This document shows, piece by piece, positions 1 to 7,897 of a DNA stretch of 64,000 nucleotides. Every line of letters begins with the position of its first letter. The first letter of the stretch is position 1. The notes below the pieces were generated by a model. It worked only from the letters and a program-made list of their open reading frames with translations, had not been told where the DNA came from and did not search any database. The DNA lies in contig OY781089.1 in assembly GCA_963676565.1 (NCBI GenBank), positions 2,016,001 to 2,080,000 of the forward strand. Reading direction: 5' to 3'. Source of the DNA: Halarcobacter sp. (GTDB taxonomy: Bacteria; Campylobacterota; Campylobacteria; Campylobacterales; Arcobacteraceae). Position numbers and translations under genes: made by a program.

Positions 1-2
1 TA

Positions 3-347
3 TCAGCTATGGTTTCAATAGGTGGTGGTTCTTTAACTGTACCTTATCTTTTATGGCAAAATGTAGAGTTGAAAAAAGCTATTGGTACAAGTGCAGCAAT
101 AGGTTTCCCAATAGCAGTTAGTGGAACTTTGGGATATATTATAAATGGGTGGAGTAATACTGACTTATCAAATTATACTTTAGGATTTGTATCTTTACCT
201 GCATTTTTCTTTATATCAATATGTAGTTATCTAACTGCACCTATAGGAGTAAAGTTAGCACATACTTTACCTGTTGGGATTGTAAAGAAAATATTTGCTT
301 TATTGTTAATATTATTAAGTCTTAAAATGCTTTTTTCTTTTATTTAG
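3..347 (+). CDS. Sulfite exporter TauE/SafE family membrane protein (5'-truncated by window edge)
   Basis: Hydrophobic ORF open from the window start; IGGGSLTVP and KAIGTSAAIG motifs typical of TauE/SafE. Confidence 0.85.
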   Translation, partial: SAMVSIGGGSLTVPYLLWQNVELKKAIGTSAAIGFPIAVSGTLGYIINGWSNTDLSNYTLGFVSLPAFFFISICSYLTAPIGVKLAHTLPVGIVKKIFALLLILLSLKMLFSFI

Positions 348-374
348 ATACAATCGCGTATTAAAAGGATGTAA

Positions 375-1475
375 ATGACTATTATAGAACTATTTCAAAA
401 ATTATTAAGATTTAAATCTGTTACACCTGATGATGATGGAGCATTTGATTTTATTGCTGAGTATCTTGGAGATACTTGGGAGTGTATAAGTGTTGATATG
501 GAAGGTGTTAAAAATAGATTTTATTATAAAAAATTCAATGAAAACCCACAACATTTGTGTTTTGCTGGACATATAGATGTGGTACCACCAGGTCAAGGCT
601 GGGATGTAGATCCATTTGCCGCTGATATTATAGATGGCGTTATTACTGCAAGGGGAACACAAGATATGAAAAGTGGAGATGCTGCTTTTTTGTATGCTTG
701 TAAACATGCAGTTGATTTTGATGGAACATTAAGTATTTTAATGACTAGTGATGAAGAGGGTGAAGGTACTTACGGAACTATCAAAATGCTTGAACTTCTA
801 AAAAAGATAGATTTCATTCCTCAATATGCAGTTGTAGCAGAACCAACTTGTGAAGAGGTTTTTGGAGATGCAATTAAAGTAGGGCGTAGAGGAAGTATAA
901 ATGGTTATATCACTATAAAAGGTAAACAAGGACATGCTGCGTATCCTGAAAAGTGTATAAATCCAGTCCATAATTTTGCTTCAATATTGCCAAAAATAGC
1001 TGGACATAACCTAGATAATGGAGATGAATATTTCGCTCCAAGTAAAATGGTAATCACAGATATAAGAGGTGGTATGGAAGTTACAAATGTAACTCCAAAT
1101 GAACTTAAACTAATGTTCAATGTAAGAAATTCAACAAATACAACAAGAGAAAGTGTTGAAGAGTTTATACATGAGAAATTAAATGGTTTAGAGTATGATT
1201 TTAGAACAACGCAAGGTTCATTTCCTTTTGTAACTAATAAAGAATCAAAGGTAGTTAAAGCTATGGAAGATTCAATTCAAAAGGTTTTAGGAATAAAAAC
1301 AAAACACTCAACCCATGGTGGAACTTCTGATGCTAGATATTTTGGTAGCTTTGGAATTGAGGCAATTGAATTTGGTGTTATAAATGATACTATTCATAGT
1401 GTAGGGGAGAGAACTACAGTTAAAGAGGTTGAAGGTCTTTGTAAAGTATATGAAGATTTGATTAAAAACTTTTAA
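375..1475 (+). CDS. dapE: Succinyl-diaminopimelate desuccinylase
   Basis: FAGHIDVVPPG, RGTQDMKS, SDEEG, GRRGS, QGHAAYP, GGTSDARY and TIH motifs; SD AAGGA upstream. Confidence 0.96.
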   Translation: MTIIELFQKLLRFKSVTPDDDGAFDFIAEYLGDTWECISVDMEGVKNRFYYKKFNENPQHLCFAGHIDVVPPGQGWDVDPFAADIIDGVITARGTQDMKSGDAAFLYACKHAVDFDGTLSILMTSDEEGEGTYGTIKMLELLKKIDFIPQYAVVAEPTCEEVFGDAIKVGRRGSINGYITIKGKQGHAAYPEKCINPVHNFASILPKIAGHNLDNGDEYFAPSKMVITDIRGGMEVTNVTPNELKLMFNVRNSTNTTRESVEEFIHEKLNGLEYDFRTTQGSFPFVTNKESKVVKAMEDSIQKVLGIKTKHSTHGGTSDARYFGSFGIEAIEFGVINDTIHSVGERTTVKEVEGLCKVYEDLIKNF

Positions 1476-1570
1476 ACCGAAAACTTCGCCAGACGTTTTT
1501 ACTGAGTATGAAGTAGTTATTCTTATTTGTACTAAAAAGTAAATATATCTTTACAAATAAAATAAATTGT

Positions 1571-1600
1571 AGTAATATACATTACAGTAACATACATTAC
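1571..1600 (+). promoter_or_regulatory. Tandem 15-bp repeat with palindromic cores (AGTAATATACATTAC/AGTAACATACATTAC); putative operator of the ATPase gene
   Basis: Repeat read directly from the sequence, 13 bp before the ATG and overlapping a candidate TTTACA-17-TAATAT promoter. Confidence 0.55.
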
Positions 1601-1613
1601 TAAAAGAGATAAG

Positions 1614-2918
1614 ATGAAATTTTACAATAGAGAAAAAGAACTACAAAACTTAAGAGAGATACAACAGTCTTCATTGTCATTTTCCAAGATGACTGTTATA
1701 GTTGGTAGAAGAAGGATTGGTAAAACAAAACTTATAAAAGAAGCATATAAAGAAAAAGTATATTTTTTTGTATCAAAAAAAAATGAAGCTTTACTTTGTG
1801 CTGAGTTTATAGATATTATAGAAAGTACCTTATCAGTTAAGGTTTTTGGACAGTTTATATCTTTTAAAAATCTATTTGAATATCTAATGAATTTATCAAT
1901 AACAACTTCCTTTACTCTTGTAATAGATGAATTTCAAGAGTTTTTACAAATAAATAGTTCTATTTATAGTGATATGCAAAATATTTGGGATGAGTATAAA
2001 GATAAGTCTAAAATGAACTTAGTTTTAAGTGGTTCTATATATTCACTGATGAAAAAAATATTTGAAGATAAAAAAGAACCTTTATTTGGTAGAGCAAATA
2101 ATAAAATTCATCTAAAAAGTTTCACTGTAAATACTTTAAAAGAGATTTTAGAAGAAAATTATCCAAAGTATAAAAATAAAGATTTGTTATCATTTTATAT
2201 ATTTACAGGTGGAGTTGCTAAATATGTAGAGATTTTTGTAGAAAAACAAGCTTTTACTTTTGAGAAGCAATTGGAAGTAATATTTAGTGATTTTTCACTA
2301 TTTTTAGAAGAGGGTAAAAATTTACTGGTAGAAGAGTTTGGCAAAGAGTACACTACATACTTCTCAATTTTATCTTTAATAGCTAGTTCTAAAACTTCAA
2401 GAAGCCAGATTGAATCAATTTTAGAAAAAAATATCGGTGGATATTTAGAAAGATTAGAAAATGATTATACTCTGATAAAAAAGATAAAACCTATATTTGC
2501 AAAAGAGGGAAGCAGGATTGTCAAATATGAGATAATTGATAATTATTTTAACTTTTGGTTTAGATTTATCTATAAATATAAAAGTGCAATTGAGATTGAA
2601 AATTATGACTTTGTTAAAGATATAATCAAAAGAGACTTTTCTATGTATAGTGGAAAATTCTTAGAAAAGTATTTTATAGAAAAGTTACAACTTGAAAAAA
2701 AATATTCTCAATTAGGAACTTATTGGGAAAAATCAAATCAAAATGAAATAGATATAGTTGCACTAAATGAACTAGAGAAAAAAGTTTTAATAGCTGAAGT
2801 GAAATTAAATACTAAGAAAATAAATCTAGATGTGTTAGAAGAAAAGTCTAAAAAATTGGAAAAAAATTTAAAAAAGTATGAGATTCAATATATTGGATAT
2901 AGTTTAGAAGATATGTAA
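1614..2918 (+). CDS. Archaeal-type AAA ATPase with winged-helix and C-terminal DUF234/PD-(D/E)xK nuclease-like domain
   Basis: FYNREKEL, Walker A GRRRIGKT, Walker B VIDEFQ, PLFGR, FWFRF, EIDIV...AEVK. Confidence 0.88.
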   Translation: MKFYNREKELQNLREIQQSSLSFSKMTVIVGRRRIGKTKLIKEAYKEKVYFFVSKKNEALLCAEFIDIIESTLSVKVFGQFISFKNLFEYLMNLSITTSFTLVIDEFQEFLQINSSIYSDMQNIWDEYKDKSKMNLVLSGSIYSLMKKIFEDKKEPLFGRANNKIHLKSFTVNTLKEILEENYPKYKNKDLLSFYIFTGGVAKYVEIFVEKQAFTFEKQLEVIFSDFSLFLEEGKNLLVEEFGKEYTTYFSILSLIASSKTSRSQIESILEKNIGGYLERLENDYTLIKKIKPIFAKEGSRIVKYEIIDNYFNFWFRFIYKYKSAIEIENYDFVKDIIKRDFSMYSGKFLEKYFIEKLQLEKKYSQLGTYWEKSNQNEIDIVALNELEKKVLIAEVKLNTKKINLDVLEEKSKKLEKNLKKYEIQYIGYSLEDM

Positions 2919-2943
2919 TTTGTATAGAGACAAAAGGAATAAA

Positions 2944-3093
2944 ATGTCTTTTTCAAAAGATAAAAAACAAAGGCTTTTAAAAGTAAAATATGTGGATGAA
3001 ACAGTAATAAGAAGATTTGAGCAAATAGGTGTTGATTATGCTAAATCTCAATATCCAAATCACAAACTTATTCGTTTTGAAATAAATAATTAG
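2944..3093 (+). pseudogene. 49-aa ORF resembling the N-terminus of small helix-hairpin-helix proteins; probably truncated
   Basis: Hand translation MSFSKDKKQRLLKVKYVDETVIRRFEQIGVDYAKSQYPNHKLIRFEINN; SD AAGGA upstream; below the ORF-track cutoff. Confidence 0.5.
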
Positions 3094-3117
3094 GGTTTTA
3101 TTATCTAATGTTCTTAA

Positions 3118-3177
3118 ATGATAAATTTACTTTACATTTTTGATAAAATATTCTATAATGATAAGTAAAATTATCAT
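3118..3177 (+). promoter_or_regulatory. Sigma70 promoter of the hipA-hipB pair with two operator palindromes
   Basis: TTTACA (3131) -17 bp- TATAAT (3154); ATGATAA-N6-TTATCAT at 3158-3177 and a 17/20-identical inverted copy at 3118-3137. Confidence 0.7.
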
Positions 3178-3189
3178 AAAAGAAAGAAT

Positions 3190-4404
3190 ATGGAAAATAT
3201 TGAAGTCCTTATTAACAATAAAGAAGTAGGAAAACTATTTTTTGAAAAAGAAAAAAATCAGTATGGATTTAATTATACATATGATTATAAACCTATTTCA
3301 TTAATCATGCCTTATAAAACTTCTTCATATATTTGGAAATACAAACTTCATCCTATTTTTGATATGAATATGCCAGAGGGTTATCTTTTTGAAATATTTA
3401 AAAAGTATTTGACAAAAGAGTATGGATATATAGATGATTTTCTGATTTTTTCTCATATTTGTTCAAATATTCAAAGTAGATTATCTTATAAAAGTTCTAT
3501 AAATAAAAAAGAGTTTTTATCCTTAGATATTAATGAAGTTTTACAAAATGATTCTATGGATACATTTACAAAAATTGTTACTACATTTTTGGATAAAAAT
3601 GCTATATCTGGTGTTCAACCAAAATCTTTAGCAATATTAAAAGATAAAGAGAGTGTATCTACAAAAGAATATATTATTAAAACTTGGGGTGAAGAGTATC
3701 CTCAATTAGCATTAAACGAATATTTTTGTTTAAAAGCTATAGAAAAAGTTGGAGTAAAAATACCAAATATAAAACTATCAAAAAACAATAAGTTTTTATT
3801 GGTTGAGCGATTTAATTATGACAAAGAAAATGATGCTTTTTTAGGTTTTGAAGAGGTTTTAACATTACTTGGAAAAAATAAAGATGAAAAATATAGTGGA
3901 AGTTATGAACAAATAGCAAAAGTTATTTATAGCGTTAGTACAGATAAGTTGGCTGATATGAAGAACTTCTATAAAGTTATAATCATGAATTATTTACTTA
4001 AAAATGGAGATGCTCACTTAAAGAATTTTGGCATGCTTTATAATGATGATTTTTCTAAAATATTATTTTCTCCAGCTTATGATGTAGTAAATACGGTAGT
4101 TTACATCTATAAAGATAAACCAGCTCTTACAATGAATGGTAAAAAACTCTGGATAGGAAAAAAGCAGCTTATAAAGTTTGGAATACAAAATTGTTATTTA
4201 AATGAAAATAGTGCAATAGAGATTTATGATGATTGTATTGAAAGTTTAAAAAATAGTATCGATGAATTAAAAAAATATATAAGTACAAATAAAGAGTTTA
4301 GAGAAATAGGTCAAAAGATGATTGACTCTTGGAGCTTGTCTTTAAATGAAAAAACATATAAGGAGATTCCAGTTGAAATTATACGAAATTGGTCAGCAAA
4401 TTAA
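3190..4404 (+). CDS. hipA: HipA-family Ser/Thr kinase toxin
   Basis: N-terminal Couple_hipA-like region (PISLIMP, MPEGY); ISGVQPK loop, NEYFCL, NGDAHLKNF catalytic motif, SPAYDV. Confidence 0.92.
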   Translation: MENIEVLINNKEVGKLFFEKEKNQYGFNYTYDYKPISLIMPYKTSSYIWKYKLHPIFDMNMPEGYLFEIFKKYLTKEYGYIDDFLIFSHICSNIQSRLSYKSSINKKEFLSLDINEVLQNDSMDTFTKIVTTFLDKNAISGVQPKSLAILKDKESVSTKEYIIKTWGEEYPQLALNEYFCLKAIEKVGVKIPNIKLSKNNKFLLVERFNYDKENDAFLGFEEVLTLLGKNKDEKYSGSYEQIAKVIYSVSTDKLADMKNFYKVIIMNYLLKNGDAHLKNFGMLYNDDFSKILFSPAYDVVNTVVYIYKDKPALTMNGKKLWIGKKQLIKFGIQNCYLNENSAIEIYDDCIESLKNSIDELKKYISTNKEFREIGQKMIDSWSLSLNEKTYKEIPVEIIRNWSAN

Positions 4405-4612
4405 AGTTTTAAGAGAAGCAAAAAAACTAACTCAAGAACAATTATCATCTAAATGTGGTATTAGTAGAGTTACCCTTGGAAAAGTTGAAAGAGGAGAGTT
4501 AGGTAATACTTCAGTGAAAACATTAGATCTTATTCTTTCAAGTTTAGGGTTTGAAATTGATTTTAAATCAACCCAAGGTTTTGGATTAACAAACCTTGAT
4601 GAGTTGACATAA
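4373..4612 (+). CDS. XRE/HipB-like helix-turn-helix antitoxin
   Basis: IGQQIKVLREAKKLTQEQLSSKCGISRVTLGKVERG HTH; probable TTG start at 4373 behind AGGAG (track start 4346); overlaps hipA 3' end. Confidence 0.85.
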   Translation: MKLYEIGQQIKVLREAKKLTQEQLSSKCGISRVTLGKVERGELGNTSVKTLDLILSSLGFEIDFKSTQGFGLTNLDELT

Positions 4613-4625
4613 ATATGATATAAAC

Positions 4626-5471
4626 ATGAATGCAATAGAATACTTAAAGCAACATCACCATAATGATTGTATCATCACAAAAGAGATTACCTTAGCAAAA
4701 TTTTCTACTGTAAATAGTAATTATAAACATACTTTTGAAATACCATGTAATCTTCTAAATATAGTTTATAGTGGTAGAAAAGTTTTACATACAGTTGATG
4801 GTGATATCGAAGTAAAGCCTGGTGAAGCCTTTTTTATGACCAAAGGTGAATATGTAATGAGTGAAGTTACAGGGGAAGAAGATTATGAATGTTTATTAAT
4901 CTTTTTTGATCATCATTTGACAAAAAAACTTATAGCTGAATTACCTTTTAAGTTAAATTCAAAAAATTCAAAAGATATAAAAAGTACTTTTAAGTTTAGA
5001 ATGAATAATTTTTTACAAAATAGTGCAAACACACTAAAAGAATATTTAGAAGACAAACCTAAGTTTAGCGATGAATTAATAAGTTTAAAACTAAAAGAGT
5101 TGATTCTTTTACTTTTAGGAACGAAAGAAAAAGAAAACTTTATTAGTTTCTGTCAAAATCTAACTTTGGATAAAAGTGATCTAAAAAGTTTTATGGAAGC
5201 TAATTTTCAAAGAGATTTAACAATTGAAGATTTTGCAAAAATAAGTGGAAGAAGTCTAAGTGGATTTAAAAGTGAATTTAAATCAATTTTTGATGAAACA
5301 CCTATGAAATGGATACTTAAAAAAAGAGTTGAAAAGGGTAAGTTTTTAATCCAAGAATTAGGCTATGATGTTGGAACTGCAGCACTAAGCGTTGGATTCA
5401 AAACACATGCTCATTTTACAAGAGTATACAAAGCTCAATATAACACCACACCTAACTTTATGGATAAATAG
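4626..5471 (+). CDS. AraC-family transcriptional regulator
   Basis: C-terminal double HTH (SGRSLSGFKSEFK...TPMKW...VGF...HFTRVYK); cupin-like N-terminus. Confidence 0.92.
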   Translation: MNAIEYLKQHHHNDCIITKEITLAKFSTVNSNYKHTFEIPCNLLNIVYSGRKVLHTVDGDIEVKPGEAFFMTKGEYVMSEVTGEEDYECLLIFFDHHLTKKLIAELPFKLNSKNSKDIKSTFKFRMNNFLQNSANTLKEYLEDKPKFSDELISLKLKELILLLLGTKEKENFISFCQNLTLDKSDLKSFMEANFQRDLTIEDFAKISGRSLSGFKSEFKSIFDETPMKWILKKRVEKGKFLIQELGYDVGTAALSVGFKTHAHFTRVYKAQYNTTPNFMDK

Positions 5472-5539
5472 TTAGACCTTATAGATAAACAAACTTTCTT
5501 GATTACTTGTTATACTTCATAAAACAAAAAGGAGTTTTT

Positions 5540-6388
5540 ATGAAAAAAATTACATTATCAATATTAGTTACTGCTATGTTAAGTTTTGCTGATACAACCA
5601 CAATAGAGGGATTTAGTTCACCAGAAAGTACAATAATCAATGGAAATTATTTATATGTATCAAATGTAGGTAAAGAATTAAAGCCAACAGTAAAAGATGC
5701 AGATGGATTCATCTCTAAGTTATCAAAGGATGGAGCTATTGAAAACTTACACTTTATAGATGGTTTAGATGCACCAAAAGGTATGAGTATAGTGAATAAT
5801 ACTCTTTTTGTAGCTGATATCGATACCCTAAGAGGTTTTGACTTAGAAAGTAAAAAAGAGATTTTTAATTTAGTTTTTAAAGATACAAATTTTTTAAATG
5901 ATATCACAGTAAAAGATGATAATACTATTTTTGTTAGTTCTAGTGATTTAAGTGCAGTTTATGAAGTAGATATTACAAATAAACAATATAAAAAAATAGT
6001 AGATTTAACGACTGCAAATGGTCTTTTTTATGAAGATGGTATTTTGTATGGTGCTCAACTTGGAAGCAGTGTAAATAGTATGTTTGATGCAAAAGGTAAT
6101 TTTTTTCAAATAGATTTAAAAAATGGTAATAAAAAAACTCAGCTAGGAACCTTCAAGGGAGTACTAGATGGTGTTTATAAAGTAGGGGATAAACTTTATG
6201 TAAGTGATTGGGTAAACTTTGAAAAATCAGGGATTATTAGAATCTATGATTTAAAAACTAAAGAGGAATCTATTTTAAATGTAGAGCCTTTTATGGGAGC
6301 AGCAGATTTTTGGATAGATGAAAAAACAAATAAACTATATTTACCTCAAATGTTAGGTGGAAAAGTATCTATTATTAATCTTAATTAA
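5540..6388 (+). CDS. Periplasmic beta-propeller protein (SMP-30/gluconolactonase-like, often annotated ATP/GTP-binding protein)
   Basis: Signal peptide MKKITLSILVTAMLSFA after SD AAGGAG; PES, YVSN, DGFISK, LDAPKGM, FLND, NGL, DG repeats. Confidence 0.8.
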   Translation: MKKITLSILVTAMLSFADTTTIEGFSSPESTIINGNYLYVSNVGKELKPTVKDADGFISKLSKDGAIENLHFIDGLDAPKGMSIVNNTLFVADIDTLRGFDLESKKEIFNLVFKDTNFLNDITVKDDNTIFVSSSDLSAVYEVDITNKQYKKIVDLTTANGLFYEDGILYGAQLGSSVNSMFDAKGNFFQIDLKNGNKKTQLGTFKGVLDGVYKVGDKLYVSDWVNFEKSGIIRIYDLKTKEESILNVEPFMGAADFWIDEKTNKLYLPQMLGGKVSIINLN

Positions 6389-6428
6389 AATACAAAAATA
6401 GTTTTAAAAGTGATTTCCTTAATAGAAA

Positions 6429-6848
6429 TCACTTTTTATCAAAACTATATTTACCAGCTCCAATAAACATCAAAGCAATTGCACACAACATATAAAGTAA
6501 TGGCAATTCAATAACCAATCCACCAGTATTAGTATTTATCTCTAAGAGCTGTGAAAAATGAGCTAAATATATTGCAAATCCCATAGTTACTGCAAATATT
6601 AAACTACTAATTCTAGTGTATAATCCAATGATTAATAACAGGGGAATGATAATTTCACCTAAATAAACACCATATGCTAAAAAAGCTGGAAAACCTTCTT
6701 TTACAACTAAACCTTCAATTCCAGTTATACCAACCATGGCTTTTTTATAACCATGAAATATCATTAAAAATCCCAGTGCAAACCTTAAAATTAATTTACC
6801 TAAATCTGCACTTAGAATACGTCCTAAATAGTTTTCTAAATTGTTCAT
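6429..6848 (-). CDS. DoxX family membrane protein
   Basis: LILRFALGFLMIFHGYKK, GLYTR, GAGKYSFD. Confidence 0.9.
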   Translation of the reverse strand: MNNLENYLGRILSADLGKLILRFALGFLMIFHGYKKAMVGITGIEGLVVKEGFPAFLAYGVYLGEIIIPLLLIIGLYTRISSLIFAVTMGFAIYLAHFSQLLEINTNTGGLVIELPLLYMLCAIALMFIGAGKYSFDKK

Positions 6849-6961
6849 TGTTAAACTCCTTCATAATCCAGAATTATAGTGCAAATAAGTTTATATTACT
6901 ACTAGTTAGTATGAAATTAAATAAAAAAATTGTATAATTTAAAAAAATACAAGAAGTAGAT

Positions 6962-7897
6962 ATGAACTTATTTAAACAACTTTTAGAAAATCAAAGAGCA
7001 ATTATTATTGATGGTGCATTAGGTACTCAAATACAAAAAAATGGTTATGATGTAAATGATTCATTGTGGTCGGCTAAATATTTAGATGAAAACCCAGAGG
7101 TTATAAAAGAGGTACATAGACAATATTTAGAAGCTGGAGCAGATATTATAATCACTTCATCTTACCAAGCTTCATTAGAAGGTTTTATTAAAAAAGGTTT
7201 TTCAACACAGAAAGCTATTGATTTAATGAAGTTATCTATAGATATAGCTCTTGAAACTAGAGATGAATTTTGGGAAAATTATAAAGAAAAAGATAAAAGA
7301 ATAAAACCACTTGTTGCTGCTTCAATAGGTCCTTATGGCGCATATTTAGCAGATGGATCTGAATATACAGGAAAATATGGTATTAGTGATGAAGAATTAA
7401 GTGATTTTCACAGAAAAAGACTTGAAATTTTAATTTCAACATCTCCAGATATCTTAGCAATTGAAACTATGCCTTTATTAAGTGAAGTTAAGATTATTGT
7501 AAAACTTTTAAAAGAGTTTAATAAAATTCCAACATGGGTTACATTTAGTGCAAAAAATGAAACTACTACAAATGCAAATGATGATATAAAAGAATGCATG
7601 AGTTTTTTAGAAAATGAAGATTGTATAAGTGCTGTTGGTATAAACTGTACTGCCCCTCAATTTATTCCAAAACTTATTGAAAATATTAAATCAGTTAGCA
7701 CTAAACCAATAGTAGTTTATCCAAATGGCGGATCAAAATATAATCCTATATTAAAAGTGTGGGAAAAAGGTGAGATAAGTGCACTTGAGTATTCTAAACT
7801 TTCTCATCTATGGTTTCAAAAAGGTGCACAAATAATTGGGGGATGTTGTGAAACAACTCCTGAAGAGATTTTAAATATTAGGGAAAGATTATTATAA
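6962..7897 (+). CDS. mmuM: Homocysteine S-methyltransferase
   Basis: DGALGT, LWSA, AGADII, SIGPYGAYLADGSEY, GINC, YPNGG, IGGCC Zn ligands. Confidence 0.93.
   Translation: MNLFKQLLENQRAIIIDGALGTQIQKNGYDVNDSLWSAKYLDENPEVIKEVHRQYLEAGADIIITSSYQASLEGFIKKGFSTQKAIDLMKLSIDIALETRDEFWENYKEKDKRIKPLVAASIGPYGAYLADGSEYTGKYGISDEELSDFHRKRLEILISTSPDILAIETMPLLSEVKIIVKLLKEFNKIPTWVTFSAKNETTTNANDDIKECMSFLENEDCISAVGINCTAPQFIPKLIENIKSVSTKPIVVYPNGGSKYNPILKVWEKGEISALEYSKLSHLWFQKGAQIIGGCCETTPEEILNIRERLL

Noticed and set aside
405..1120. Antisense ORFs inside dapE (and similar short shadow ORFs inside most long genes in the track)
   Set aside because: They lie wholly within well-supported genes on the opposite strand, show no motifs, and are the expected by-product of codon bias.
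1465..1500. AAAACTT direct repeat and a GC-richer patch just after the dapE stop, as a possible att site
   Set aside because: Too short in an AT-rich genome; I found no matching copy at the other end of the islet and no integrase.
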